Assembly (NCBI GenBank): GCA_028866945.1
Contig: JAGWHE010000005.1
Coordinates: 1 to 32,000, forward strand
Direction: 5' to 3'
From: Nitrososphaerota archaeon
Lineage (GTDB): Archaea > Thermoproteota > Nitrososphaeria > Nitrososphaerales > Gagatemarchaeaceae
DNA length: 32,000 nt
This document shows positions 8,851-17,545 of this stretch, piece by piece; positions within the stretch are counted from its first letter, which is position 1, and the number at the start of each line of letters is the position of its first letter. The translations under genes and the position numbers were made by a program. The notes beneath the pieces were generated by a model, which worked only from the letters and a program-made list of their open reading frames with translations, was not told where the DNA came from and did no database searches.

Positions 8851-10284
8851 TTGGCTTCGATGCGAGAATTCATCAAGAGTGTAGGCACAGTCCTCCCAGA
8901 AATCCCCAAGCCCGAGAAAAAGCCGTCGCTTAACGAGCGTTTCATCTGGACCGCGATCGCCCTGGTCGCATACCTGGTCATGGCCACCACTCCCCTGTTC
9001 GGCCTGGCGGGGACAGCGGCCGCGAACAACTCCTCCACCTTCCTGAGGGTGGTTTTCGCTTCGGCCCAGGGGACGCTGATGACCCTCGGAATCGGGCCCA
9101 TCGTCACGGCGGGGCTGATCCTCCAGCTGCTGGTGGGGAGCGACATAATCAAGCTCGACATGAGCGACTCGAGCGACCGCGCCATCTTCGGCTCAGCCAC
9201 GAAGTTCCTCACCCTCATAGTCATCGTGGGCGAGTCTCTGGCCTACATCTACGGAGGCGCACTGGGAGCTCTCGCCACGAACCAGGAGCTCATCATCTTC
9301 ATCCAGCTGGTAATCGCCAGTATCCTAGTCCTGCTGCTGGACGAAATGATCCAGAAGGGGTGGGGGATAGGGAGCGGGGTCAGCCTGTTCATCCTCGCGG
9401 GGGTCTGCCAGACGGTGATGTGGTACACCTTCTCGCCCATCCAGTTCCAGCCCTCGCAGGGCGTGTTCCAGCTCTTCGGGTTCATCCCTGAGACCATAAG
9501 CGAGTTCTTCAACAACAACGTCAGCTCGGTGCTCATCAGGGAGTTCAAGTATCCGAGCCTACTCACCTTCTCTCTCACGCTGGTGATGATCCTGGTCCTC
9601 ATCTACGTCGAAGGGATTAGGATCGAGCTCCCGATCACGTCGATAAAGTACAGAGGGTTCCAGGGAGTCTACCCCATCAAGCTCCTGTACGTGTCGAACA
9701 TCCCCGTCATACTCGTCTCAGCCCTCGGAGCCAACGTGACCTTCTTCGCCAGGCTGATGGCAAACTACAACTCCAGCAACCCGCCCTGGTGGTTCCACTA
9801 CATCGCGGAGTTCCCCGGAGCGAACTCGACGAGCGGGTCGCAGCCCATAGGCGGGCTGGTGTACTACCTCACCCCACCCCAGTCCTTCCAGCAGACCCTC
9901 GCTGACCCCGTCCACTCGGTCATCTACCTGCTATACCTGGTGGGAATGGCCGTGATCTTCGCCAGGCTCTGGGTCGAGATCGGCGGTTTGAACCCGCGCG
10001 CCGTAGCGAAGAACCTGATGGACGCCGACGTCCAGGTTCCCGGGTTCAGGAGGTCCGGGCTCTCCATCGAGCAGATGCTGAACCGGTACATACCTACGCT
10101 CACCATCATAGGCGGGATCCTCATCGGGCTGATCGCCGGGGTCTCCGACCTCTTCGGCGTCTTCGGCACCGGCATCGGCATCCTCCTGATGGTGGACATC
10201 ATACTCCAGTATTACCAGATGCTCATGAAGGAGCAGGTGGAGGAGATCTCCCCAGCGCTGGCGGGCCTGATCGGGGCGAGCTGA
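8851..10284 (+). CDS. secY: preprotein translocase subunit SecY
   Basis: 477 aa multi-pass membrane protein in the conserved slot after L15. Contains LGIGPIVTAGLILQLL and a C-terminal GIGILLMVDI. The start is TTG at 8851 or the in-frame ATG at 8860. Confidence 0.92.
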   Translation: MASMREFIKSVGTVLPEIPKPEKKPSLNERFIWTAIALVAYLVMATTPLFGLAGTAAANNSSTFLRVVFASAQGTLMTLGIGPIVTAGLILQLLVGSDIIKLDMSDSSDRAIFGSATKFLTLIVIVGESLAYIYGGALGALATNQELIIFIQLVIASILVLLLDEMIQKGWGIGSGVSLFILAGVCQTVMWYTFSPIQFQPSQGVFQLFGFIPETISEFFNNNVSSVLIREFKYPSLLTFSLTLVMILVLIYVEGIRIELPITSIKYRGFQGVYPIKLLYVSNIPVILVSALGANVTFFARLMANYNSSNPPWWFHYIAEFPGANSTSGSQPIGGLVYYLTPPQSFQQTLADPVHSVIYLLYLVGMAVIFARLWVEIGGLNPRAVAKNLMDADVQVPGFRRSGLSIEQMLNRYIPTLTIIGGILIGLIAGVSDLFGVFGTGIGILLMVDIILQYYQMLMKEQVEEISPALAGLIGAS

Positions 10285-10287
10285 GAC

Positions 10288-10860
10288 TTGGGGCTCCGCG
10301 TGGTCGTCGTAGGGATACCCGGGGTCGGCAAGACCACCGTGGTCGACAAGGTCGTCGCGGGCTACAAGGGGGCGAAGCTGGCGAACTTCGGGACTCTGAT
10401 GCTAGAGACCGGGATCTCGATGAAGATGGTGAAGCATCGGGACGAGCTCAGGAAGCTCACGGTCGAGAAGCAGAGGAAGCTCCAGAGGGCAGCCGCGTCG
10501 AGGATCGCGCGGATGAAGGACAAGCTGGTCGTAGTTGACACGCACCTGTTCATCAGGACCGCGGAAGGGTTCTGGCCCGGCCTCCCCTTCGAGGTGGTCA
10601 GGGCGATGAAGCCCACTCACCTGGTCCTCGTCGAGGCGAGCCCGGACGAGATCTCCGCCAGGAGGGCCACAGACACCACCAGGTACCGCGACGCGGTGAC
10701 GAGCGAGAGCCTCACCGAAGAGCTCGCGCTTGCGAGGAGCTTCCTCACGGCTTCGTCCACGCTCACCGGCGCCCCCATGACCATCGTCAGGAACGGCCAC
10801 GGGATGCAGGACGAGGTCGCTTCCAGCCTCGTCAAGATGCTCATGGGTGCGACCAAATGA
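10288..10860 (+). CDS. adkA: adenylate kinase, archaeal (AdkA) type
   Basis: 190 aa. P-loop VVVVGIPGVGKTT. The sequence is archaeal-type rather than bacterial Adk-type. TTG start, or GTG at 10300. Conserved position after secY. Confidence 0.85.
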   Translation: MGLRVVVVGIPGVGKTTVVDKVVAGYKGAKLANFGTLMLETGISMKMVKHRDELRKLTVEKQRKLQRAAASRIARMKDKLVVVDTHLFIRTAEGFWPGLPFEVVRAMKPTHLVLVEASPDEISARRATDTTRYRDAVTSESLTEELALARSFLTASSTLTGAPMTIVRNGHGMQDEVASSLVKMLMGATK

Positions 10861-11786
10861 TCGCGAAGAGCAGGGCCAGGTCCCAGCAGGGACAGGGCTC
10901 CGGCGGGACCAGGATCGTGACCTACGCCCTGATCGGGCTGATCGCCATCCTTGTGGGATACTACGTCGTCCTGCCCGCGTTCACCCCCAGGTCCCCGGTC
11001 ACGACCACCACCACCACCGGCCCCGGGTCATCGGCGATCGCCTCACTCAACCCGGGCACCGACATCTCCGGAGCCTCGGTCACGGTCACCGGCCAGGGCT
11101 TCACTGCCAGGTCCAACGTCACCATCACGTTTGATGGCACCGCGGTGGCGGTTACGAACAGTTCTTCCCAGGCCGCCAGGTGCAGGACCAGCGGGAGCGG
11201 TGCGCTCGCCGCATGCACCTTCTGGGTCCCCCTCAACTCGGCCTCGGGCTCCCACGACGTCGCGATCACCGCCGGCACCACCACGGCCAAGGCGACGTTC
11301 AAGATCCCTGAGTACCTCCCCCCAGTCTCGACGCTGCTCGTCACCCTCACCTCCGTCTCATTGGGCATCATCACCCAGGTGGTCACCAAGCGGATGGTTG
11401 ACCTCAACGCCGAAAGGAAGATGAGGGCCGAGGTGAACGCCTTCAACAAGGAGAAGCGCGAGGCGACCCTCGCCAAGGACAAGGCGAGGCTTGACAAGCT
11501 CAAGAAGCGCGAGCTCCAGGTCCAGCAGGAGCAGTTCAAGATCCAGCGGGCCAGGCTCAAGGTCACGGCCATCACCTTCGTCCCGCTGCTGGGCGTCTAC
11601 TACCTGATGGCGACCCTGATGGGAGGGTATGGCGTGATAGTGGCCTACACCCCGATACCGATCCCCTACTTCTCAGGGCTGACACAGAATCCGTCCGTGT
11701 TCCAGGTCAGCCTCTTCTGGTGGTACTTCCTGAGCTCCTTCAGCTTCTCCACCATGCTGAGCAGGCTGTTCCACACCACACCCTAG
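10857..11786 (+). CDS. DUF106 / EMC3-Oxa1-like membrane insertase homolog with an N-terminal signal anchor and an IPT/Ig-like ectodomain
   Basis: 309 aa with an ATGA overlap with adkA. The C-terminal ~150 aa show the DUF106 layout: a TM helix, a Lys/Glu/Arg-rich coiled coil (KRMVDLNAERKMRAEVNAFNKEKRE...KLKKRELQVQQEQFKIQRARLK) and two further TM helices. The gene sits in the conserved secY-adk neighbourhood. The N-terminal ~155 aa are extra (see findings). Confidence 0.75.
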   Translation: MIAKSRARSQQGQGSGGTRIVTYALIGLIAILVGYYVVLPAFTPRSPVTTTTTTGPGSSAIASLNPGTDISGASVTVTGQGFTARSNVTITFDGTAVAVTNSSSQAARCRTSGSGALAACTFWVPLNSASGSHDVAITAGTTTAKATFKIPEYLPPVSTLLVTLTSVSLGIITQVVTKRMVDLNAERKMRAEVNAFNKEKREATLAKDKARLDKLKKRELQVQQEQFKIQRARLKVTAITFVPLLGVYYLMATLMGGYGVIVAYTPIPIPYFSGLTQNPSVFQVSLFWWYFLSSFSFSTMLSRLFHTTP

Positions 11787-11796
11787 GGGCTCTTGT

Positions 11797-12357
11797 TTGA
11801 AGGCGATAATCATCTCCGGGATGCCGGCAGTAGGCAAGACGACCGTGTCGAGGCAGGTCGCCGAAGCCCTCGGGACGCCCTTGGTCGGCGGCGGGGACGT
11901 GCTGAAGGAGATGGCGGTGGAAGAGGGGTACACCCCAGGAGGGGACGACTGGTGGGACAAGGGGGACGGAATGAAGTTTCTCCAGGAGAGGAAGCGCTCT
12001 TCCGACTTCGACAAGGAGGTGGACGCCAGGCTCATCGCGAAGGCGAGGAAGGGAGGGGTCGTGATCACGAGCTACCCTGTCCCGTGGCTCACCGGCGACG
12101 GGGTGAAGGTCTGGCTCTCAGGGGGGGTCGGCAGCAGGGCCGCGCGGATGGCGAAGAGGGACGGCATCCCTGTGAAGAAGTGCAAGGAGATCCTGTCGGT
12201 CAGGGACACTGAGAACTTCAAGCTCTACAAGAAGATCTATGGCATCGAGTTCGGCAAGGACCTGAAGCCCTTCGACCTGGTGGTGGAGACCGACGACATC
12301 GACGAGGCGAAGGTGGCTGAAATAGTGATCCACTACGTGAAGCACCGAGGGGACTGA
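11797..12357 (+). CDS. cmk: cytidylate kinase, archaeal type
   Basis: 186 aa with a TTG start. P-loop ISGMPAVGKTT. Contains RDTENFKLYKKIYGIEF, typical of archaeal CMP kinase. Conserved neighbourhood. Confidence 0.85.
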   Translation: MKAIIISGMPAVGKTTVSRQVAEALGTPLVGGGDVLKEMAVEEGYTPGGDDWWDKGDGMKFLQERKRSSDFDKEVDARLIAKARKGGVVITSYPVPWLTGDGVKVWLSGGVGSRAARMAKRDGIPVKKCKEILSVRDTENFKLYKKIYGIEFGKDLKPFDLVVETDDIDEAKVAEIVIHYVKHRGD

Positions 12358-12358
12358 C

Positions 12359-13363
12359 ATGCCTCCCCAGAGAATGGTGGTCCTGGACGAGGAGGATGCC
12401 GACACGACCCACGGGTCAGACCCAAGGTCCCGCCCGGTCCAGGCCCTGCTCGAATACGGGCTGATCCCCCTCGACAAGCCCCGCGGTCCCACCAGCCACG
12501 AGGTCGTCGCCTGGACCCGCCGGCTCCTCGGGATGGAGAAGGCCGGCCACAGCGGCACCCTCGACCCCCCCGTCTCGGGCCTGCTCCCCATAGGCCTGGG
12601 CCAGTCCACCAGGGCCCTGAGCCTCCTCCTGATGTTCCCCAAGGAGTACAAGGGGGTGATGAGAATCCACTCGTCCGTGCCGCGGAAGGAGCTCGACAAG
12701 GTGCTGGGGGAGTTCACCGGCGAGATCTTTCAGCGCCCTCCGCAGCGCTCCTCGGTGAGCCGCCAGACGAGGAGCAGGACCATCCACGAGCTCGAGGTGA
12801 CAGAGTCCGAGGGCAACCTGTACCTCTTCAGGGTCCTCTGTCAGTCGGGGACCTACATCAGGAAGCTCGTCTACGACATGGGCGAAGTGCTCGGAATCGG
12901 CGCCACCATGGTCGAACTGAGGCGCACGAAGGTCGGCCCGCTCACCGAGGAGAAGGGGCTGGTGACCCTCCACCAGCTCAACGACGCGGTATTCAGGCTC
13001 AAGGAGGGGGACGAGGGCCCCCTGAGGAAGGTGGTCATTCCCATCGAAGAGAGCCTGGGAGACATCCCGAAGGTCGTGATGCGCGACTCGGCCGTGGACG
13101 CCGTCTGCCACGGGGCCAGGCTGGGGCTCCCCGGGGTACTCGCTGCGTCCGAGGGGATCAAGAAGGACGACACCGTCGCTCTGCTCAGCCCTAAGAGTGA
13201 ACTGGTCGCCATCGGGAAGGCCCTGATGTCTTCCGACGAGATCAAGTCGCAGAAGAGGGGGCTCGCCACCACGACTGAGCGGGTGGTGATGAAGGCCGGG
13301 ACCTACCCGCGCCTGTGGAAGTCGCACAAGGTCAAGGCCGGCGCGACCAACGCCCCGGGTTGA
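12359..13363 (+). CDS. cbf5: H/ACA RNP pseudouridine synthase Cbf5 (TruB family with a PUA domain)
   Basis: 334 aa. Contains LDKPRGPTSHEV, the catalytic GHSGTLDPPVSG, GTYIRKL, and a C-terminal PUA-like region (AVCHGARLGLPGV). Confidence 0.92.
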   Translation: MPPQRMVVLDEEDADTTHGSDPRSRPVQALLEYGLIPLDKPRGPTSHEVVAWTRRLLGMEKAGHSGTLDPPVSGLLPIGLGQSTRALSLLLMFPKEYKGVMRIHSSVPRKELDKVLGEFTGEIFQRPPQRSSVSRQTRSRTIHELEVTESEGNLYLFRVLCQSGTYIRKLVYDMGEVLGIGATMVELRRTKVGPLTEEKGLVTLHQLNDAVFRLKEGDEGPLRKVVIPIEESLGDIPKVVMRDSAVDAVCHGARLGLPGVLAASEGIKKDDTVALLSPKSELVAIGKALMSSDEIKSQKRGLATTTERVVMKAGTYPRLWKSHKVKAGATNAPG

Positions 13364-13364
13364 G

Positions 13365-13372
13365 GTTTTAAG
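13365..13372 (+). promoter_or_regulatory. TATA-like box for tRNA-Ser
   Basis: GTTTTAAG is centred ~27 nt upstream of tRNA position 1 (13396). Confidence 0.5.
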
Positions 13373-13433
13373 CGCCCCCGGGCGGGCCTTCGAACGCCGG
13401 GATCGCCTAATCTGGTAGGGCGCAGGCCTGGAA

Positions 13434-13446
13434 ACCGAGTCCAGCC
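13434..13446 (+). other. tRNA intron 1 (13 nt, canonical 37/38 position)
   Basis: A 4-bp helix CTGG(13428-31)/CCAG(13441-44) is flanked by 3-nt bulges AAA and CCA. Cleaving after the second bulge nucleotide restores a 7-nt anticodon loop CUGGAAA. There is no inner helix, so the BHB is relaxed. Confidence 0.65.
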
Positions 13447-13480
13447 AGCCTGTCTCGCGAAAGCGGGATCTGGGTTCAAA

Positions 13481-13507
13481 ATCCTTTCCCGTTGGAGAGG
13501 AGGGAAG
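13481..13507 (+). other. tRNA intron 2 (27 nt, T-loop position 59/60)
   Basis: The inner 8-bp helix TCCTTTCC(13482-89)/GGAGAGGA(13494-501) has loop CGTT. The central helix is T75-A05, T76-G04, C77-G03 plus an A/G mismatch, flanked by bulges AAA and AGT. Excision restores the T-loop TTCAAAT. Confidence 0.6.
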
Positions 13508-13535
13508 TCCCAGTCCCGGCGCTCAATCCAAAACG

Positions 13536-13542
13536 CTATAAG
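13536..13542 (+). promoter_or_regulatory. TATA box for the guaB operon
   Basis: CTATAAG is centred 27 nt upstream of the GTG at 13566. This implies a leaderless or near-leaderless transcript. Confidence 0.5.
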
Positions 13543-13565
13543 CAGTCGAATCAAGCGGAAGTCAA

Positions 13566-15041
13566 GTGAAGGGTTCCGCATCCGACTTCCGGGTCGGCCT
13601 CACTTTCGACGACGTCCTGCTAGTCCCCAAGTTCTCCGACGTTAAATCCCGCAGAGACGCCGACACCCGCACGCGGTTCTCGAGGAGGATCCAGCTCAGC
13701 GTCCCTGTAGTCAGCGCCAACATGGACACGGTGACCGAGTCGTCCATGGCCATCGCCCTTGCCCGGCTGGGCGGCCTGGGGGTGATACACAGGTTCCTCT
13801 CGGTGGAGGAGCAGGTCGCCGAGGTGCTGAAGGTCAAGAGGTCAGAGGGCGTCGTCATCGAGGACCCCGTCACCCTCGGCCCCGACAGGCCCGTCCGCGA
13901 AGCGGTGGCCATCATCAGCGACAGGGACGTGGGCGGCATTGTGATAGTCGACGGGTCCAGGAAGGTCGTCGGCCTGCTCACCCGCCGGGACATAACCCTG
14001 GAGGACGACCTGGACAGGAAGGTGAGGGAGGTAATGACCCCCAGGGCGAAGCTGATCACCGCGCGCAAGGGGGTCTCCATGGAGGAGGCGAAGAAGATCC
14101 TCCACTCCAACAAGATAGAGAAGCTCCCCCTCCTTGACGGCAGGGGGAAACTCGCGGGCCTCATCACCTCGAAGGACATCATGAAGCGAAAGCAGTTCCC
14201 TTCCGCGACCAAGGACGCCAAGGGGCGCCTGAGGGTGGCGGCGGCAGTCGGAGTGAAGGGGGACCACATGGAGCGGTCCCGAAGGCTGCTCGACGCAGGG
14301 GCGGATGCCCTGGTCGTGGACATCGCCCACGGCCACTCGGCCTACGCCATCGACACGCTGAGGGGGATCAAGAGGGCGCTGGGGGACGTCGAAGTGGTAG
14401 CCGGAAACGTAGCCACATCCAGGGGGGCCCTCGACCTGATCAAAGCGGGGGCAGACGCAGTCAAGGTGGGGGTGGGCTCGGGGAGCATCTGCGTCACCCG
14501 GGTGGTCACCGGCTCCGGGGTCCCGCAGCTCACAGCGATATTGGACAGCGCCCAGGGGGCCGCCGACAGCGACGTCCCCATCATCGGGGACGGAGGCATC
14601 CGCGTCCCGGGCGACGTCACCAAGGCGCTGGCGGCCGGCGCGTCCTCAGTGATGGTCGGGAGCCTCTTCGCCGGGACCGAGGAGAGCCCCGGCCCCACCA
14701 TACTCCGGGAGGGGGTCAGATACAAGCTCACGAGGGGCATGGCTTCGCTGGCGGCCACCGTGGACCGCAGGGTGAGGGAGACCAGGACCACGGGACCGGG
14801 GGAGGATGAAGTGATCGAAGAGGTCATCCAGGAGAACGTCCCCGAGGGGGTCGAAGGGCTCATCCCCTACAAGGGGCGGGTCGAGGAGGTGGTCAAGCAG
14901 CTGGTCGGGGGGCTCAGGTCAGGGATGAGCTACACAGGCGCCCACTCGCTGACTGAACTGAGAAAGAAGGCCGAGTTCATGAGGATAACTTCGGCGGGGT
15001 ACAAGGAGAGCCTCCCCCACGACATACAGAGGGTGGCCTGA
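13566..15041 (+). CDS. guaB: IMP dehydrogenase (with a CBS pair)
   Basis: 491 aa with a GTG start. Contains [13 protein letters not shown], an inserted CBS pair, the catalytic loop [11 protein letters not shown], and IGDGGIR. Confidence 0.93.
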   Translation: MKGSASDFRVGLTFDDVLLVPKFSDVKSRRDADTRTRFSRRIQLSVPVVSANMDTVTESSMAIALARLGGLGVIHRFLSVEEQVAEVLKVKRSEGVVIEDPVTLGPDRPVREAVAIISDRDVGGIVIVDGSRKVVGLLTRRDITLEDDLDRKVREVMTPRAKLITARKGVSMEEAKKILHSNKIEKLPLLDGRGKLAGLITSKDIMKRKQFPSATKDAKGRLRVAAAVGVKGDHMERSRRLLDAGADALVVDIAHGHSAYAIDTLRGIKRALGDVEVVAGNVATSRGALDLIKAGADAVKVGVGSGSICVTRVVTGSGVPQLTAILDSAQGAADSDVPIIGDGGIRVPGDVTKALAAGASSVMVGSLFAGTEESPGPTILREGVRYKLTRGMASLAATVDRRVRETRTTGPGEDEVIEEVIQENVPEGVEGLIPYKGRVEEVVKQLVGGLRSGMSYTGAHSLTELRKKAEFMRITSAGYKESLPHDIQRVA

Positions 15042-15057
15042 CACGGCCAACCTCTCC

Positions 15058-16257
15058 GTGGTGGGCCTCCAGTGGGGGGACGAAGGCAAGGGGAAGATCG
15101 TCGACTATCTCGCGGGGGGCTTCGACGCCGTGGCCCGCTTCAACGGGGGGAGCAACGCGGGGCACACCGTGGTCATCGGCGACAGCAAGCACACCTTCCA
15201 CCTCGTCCCCTCGGGCGCCCTGAAAGGGAAGCAGCTCCTCATCGGGGCGGGGGTGGCAGTCGACCCGGCCGTCCTCGCCGAGGAGCTCTCCCTCCTCCCT
15301 GGCGAAGCAAGGGAGCGGCTCCTGGTCGACGGGCGGTGCAGCCTCGTCACCCCGGTCGACAAGGAGTTCGACGTCAAGGTAGAGGAGGCGCGCGGCGAGT
15401 CTGCCATCGGCACAACCAGGAGGGGGATAGGGCCGTCCTACGCCGTAAGGGCCCTCAGGCTCAGCCCGCGGGTGAGCGATCTGGTGGCAGGGTTCGACTT
15501 CCGCGCGCTCACCAGGTTCTACGAGGAGCTTTCACTGGACACCAGTGGCATCGGCCCCTGGGCGGCGGAGGCGAGCGAGCTCCTCAGGGGGGTGGCCGGG
15601 GACGTCGCCCAGCGCGTCACTGACGTCACGGGTGCAGGGGGGAGCGTCCTGTTCGAGGCGTCCCAGGGGACTCTGCTGGACCTCCTTCACGGCTCCTACC
15701 CGTATGTGACCGCCACCCACACAACTTCGAGCTACATCCCTGCGGCCCTCGGGATCTCCCCCCGCCTGGCCGGCGAGCCGCTTGGGGTGATGAAGTGCTA
15801 CAGCACCAGGGTGGGCGCGGGGCCCTTCCCCACCGAAATCGGGGGTCCGCAGGCGGAGAGCCTCCGCGGCCTGGGGAAGGAGTACGGCGCGACCACGGGG
15901 CGCCCGCGAAGGGTGGGGTGGCTGGACATCGTCGCCCTGCGCTATGCCGTCCGGCTCAACGGCGTCGAGGAGGTGGCCGTCACCAAGCTCGACGTCCTCT
16001 CCCAGGTGAAGGATGTGAAGGTCTGCACCGCGTACAAGCTCCAGGGGAGCGAGATCACCGACTTCCAGCGCGCATCCGGCCGCCTCGACGAAGTGGAGCC
16101 AGTGTTCGAGTCTCCGTTCTCCCTCCACGGCGCAGACTTCGGGGCCGGGCTCCCGCCCGGGGGGAAGCAGTTCGTCGGCTACGTCGAAGAGCAGCTCGGC
16201 GTCACGGTGAAGGTCGTTTCGCACGGCGAAGAGAGGTCGAGGACCATTGAGCTATGA
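15058..16257 (+). CDS. purA: adenylosuccinate synthetase
   Basis: 399 aa with a GTG start. Contains QWGDEGKGKIVD, GGSNAGHTV, and TTGRPRRVGWLD. Confidence 0.93.
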   Translation: MVGLQWGDEGKGKIVDYLAGGFDAVARFNGGSNAGHTVVIGDSKHTFHLVPSGALKGKQLLIGAGVAVDPAVLAEELSLLPGEARERLLVDGRCSLVTPVDKEFDVKVEEARGESAIGTTRRGIGPSYAVRALRLSPRVSDLVAGFDFRALTRFYEELSLDTSGIGPWAAEASELLRGVAGDVAQRVTDVTGAGGSVLFEASQGTLLDLLHGSYPYVTATHTTSSYIPAALGISPRLAGEPLGVMKCYSTRVGAGPFPTEIGGPQAESLRGLGKEYGATTGRPRRVGWLDIVALRYAVRLNGVEEVAVTKLDVLSQVKDVKVCTAYKLQGSEITDFQRASGRLDEVEPVFESPFSLHGADFGAGLPPGGKQFVGYVEEQLGVTVKVVSHGEERSRTIEL

Positions 16258-17545
16258 CTCCATCTCCCCGATAGACGGAAGGTACCGCCTGGAGGCCGCC
16301 GGCCTTGAGCGGTACTTCGCAGACAGGGCGCTCATGGAAGCACGGGTCAACGTCGAGCTGTCGTACCTCAAGCTGCTGGTCAGACTGGGGGTGGCGCCGA
16401 AGGGGAAGGTCCCCAAGGTCGCCGCCGACATGGCCGAGCTCGCAAGGCTGGAGGCGAAGCTGGGGCACGACGTCAAGGCAGTGGAGGTCTACCTCAGGGG
16501 GGCCCTGCAGAAGTCTGGTTCGCCCGCCCTCGCCCCCTTCGTGCACCTCGGCCTCACCAGCGAGGACACGAACAGCCTCTCCTACGCCATCCTGCTGAAG
16601 TCTGCCATGCGGCAGTCGCTGGGCCCCGCGTACTCTTCCCTCGCCGTCGGCCTGGCCCGCCTGGCGGCTGCAGAGGCTGCGACCGCCATGGTGGCGAGGA
16701 CCCACGGGAGGCCAGCCGTCCCCACTACCTTCGGAAAGGAGATGGCGGTGTTCGCGGTCAGGCTGGCCGAAAGGGTATCCTCCCTGGGCAGGCTGACCCC
16801 CATGGCGAAGTTCTCCGGGGCCGTGGGGACCTACGCCTCGTTCGGTGTGCTGGCGGACATCGACTGGCCCGCCGAGCTCGCCCGGTTCGTCGCCGGCTTC
16901 GGGGTCGAGGCGTCGGCGTACTCGACCCAGGTCGTCCCGGGGGAGAGGCTCTCCGACATCCTGCACTGCGTCATCAACATCAACCAGCTCGTCTCATCGC
17001 TCTCGAAAGACCTTTGGATCTATCAGACCTTGGACTACGTCCACTTCGCCCGTCCGGGGAAGGTGAGCTCTTCGACGATGCCCCAGAAGGAGAACCCCGT
17101 GGACCTCGAAAACGCCGAGGGGCAGGCGGACATTTCGAACTCACTGCTGGTGATGATGGCCTACAGGCTGCAGCAGACGAGGCTCCAGCGGGACCTCTCG
17201 GACTCCGTGGTCCGGAGGATGCTGGGCCAGGCCCTCGCGCACTCTCTCGTCGCGTGCAACAGGCTGGCGGGCTCGCTTGCCGCCATCAGGGTCGAGCGGA
17301 GGGCCATGGAGGAGGATCTCAGCAGGCACCCGGAGGTGCTCGCGGAGCGGGAGCAGATACTCCGGCGGCTGGCGGGGGACGCCAGGGGGTACGAGAAGGT
17401 GCAAGGGTCACTGGCGGCCGGGAAGTTCGTCCCTGGGTCCGAGCCGGCCGCATACCTCGGCCGCTCGGTGGAGCTGGCGAGGGACTGCAGGCGGGTGGTC
17501 CGCGACCTTCTCGGCCCAACGCCGCGAGACCCCGTTAGTTCTTGA
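16247..17545 (+). CDS. purB: adenylosuccinate lyase
   Basis: 432 aa. TTG start overlapping the purA end by 11 nt. Contains ISPIDGRY, GLTSEDTN, and the signature SSTMPQKENP. Confidence 0.92.
   Translation: MSYDSISPIDGRYRLEAAGLERYFADRALMEARVNVELSYLKLLVRLGVAPKGKVPKVAADMAELARLEAKLGHDVKAVEVYLRGALQKSGSPALAPFVHLGLTSEDTNSLSYAILLKSAMRQSLGPAYSSLAVGLARLAAAEAATAMVARTHGRPAVPTTFGKEMAVFAVRLAERVSSLGRLTPMAKFSGAVGTYASFGVLADIDWPAELARFVAGFGVEASAYSTQVVPGERLSDILHCVININQLVSSLSKDLWIYQTLDYVHFARPGKVSSSTMPQKENPVDLENAEGQADISNSLLVMMAYRLQQTRLQRDLSDSVVRRMLGQALAHSLVACNRLAGSLAAIRVERRAMEEDLSRHPEVLAEREQILRRLAGDARGYEKVQGSLAAGKFVPGSEPAAYLGRSVELARDCRRVVRDLLGPTPRDPVSS

Larger units (their letters stand above)
13396..13521 (+). 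tRNA. tRNA-Ser(GGA) precursor containing two introns (mature length 86 nt, no encoded CCA)
   Basis: Folded by hand.
- Acceptor stem: GCCGGGA (13396-13402) pairs with TCCCGGC (13514-13520), followed by discriminator G.
- D arm: stem GCCT/GGGC with loop AATCTGGTA.
- Anticodon arm: stem CAGGC/GCCTG with loop CUGGAA|A.
- Variable arm: 17 nt, stem CTCGC-GAAA-GCGGG.
- T arm: stem CTGGG (13470-74) pairs with CCCAG (13509-13), loop TTCAAA|T. Confidence 0.85.

Noticed and set aside
12416-13327. 303-aa minus-strand ORF opposite cbf5
   Set aside because: A shadow ORF in a GC-rich region with no motifs. The plus strand encodes a complete Cbf5 with catalytic Asp and PUA domain.
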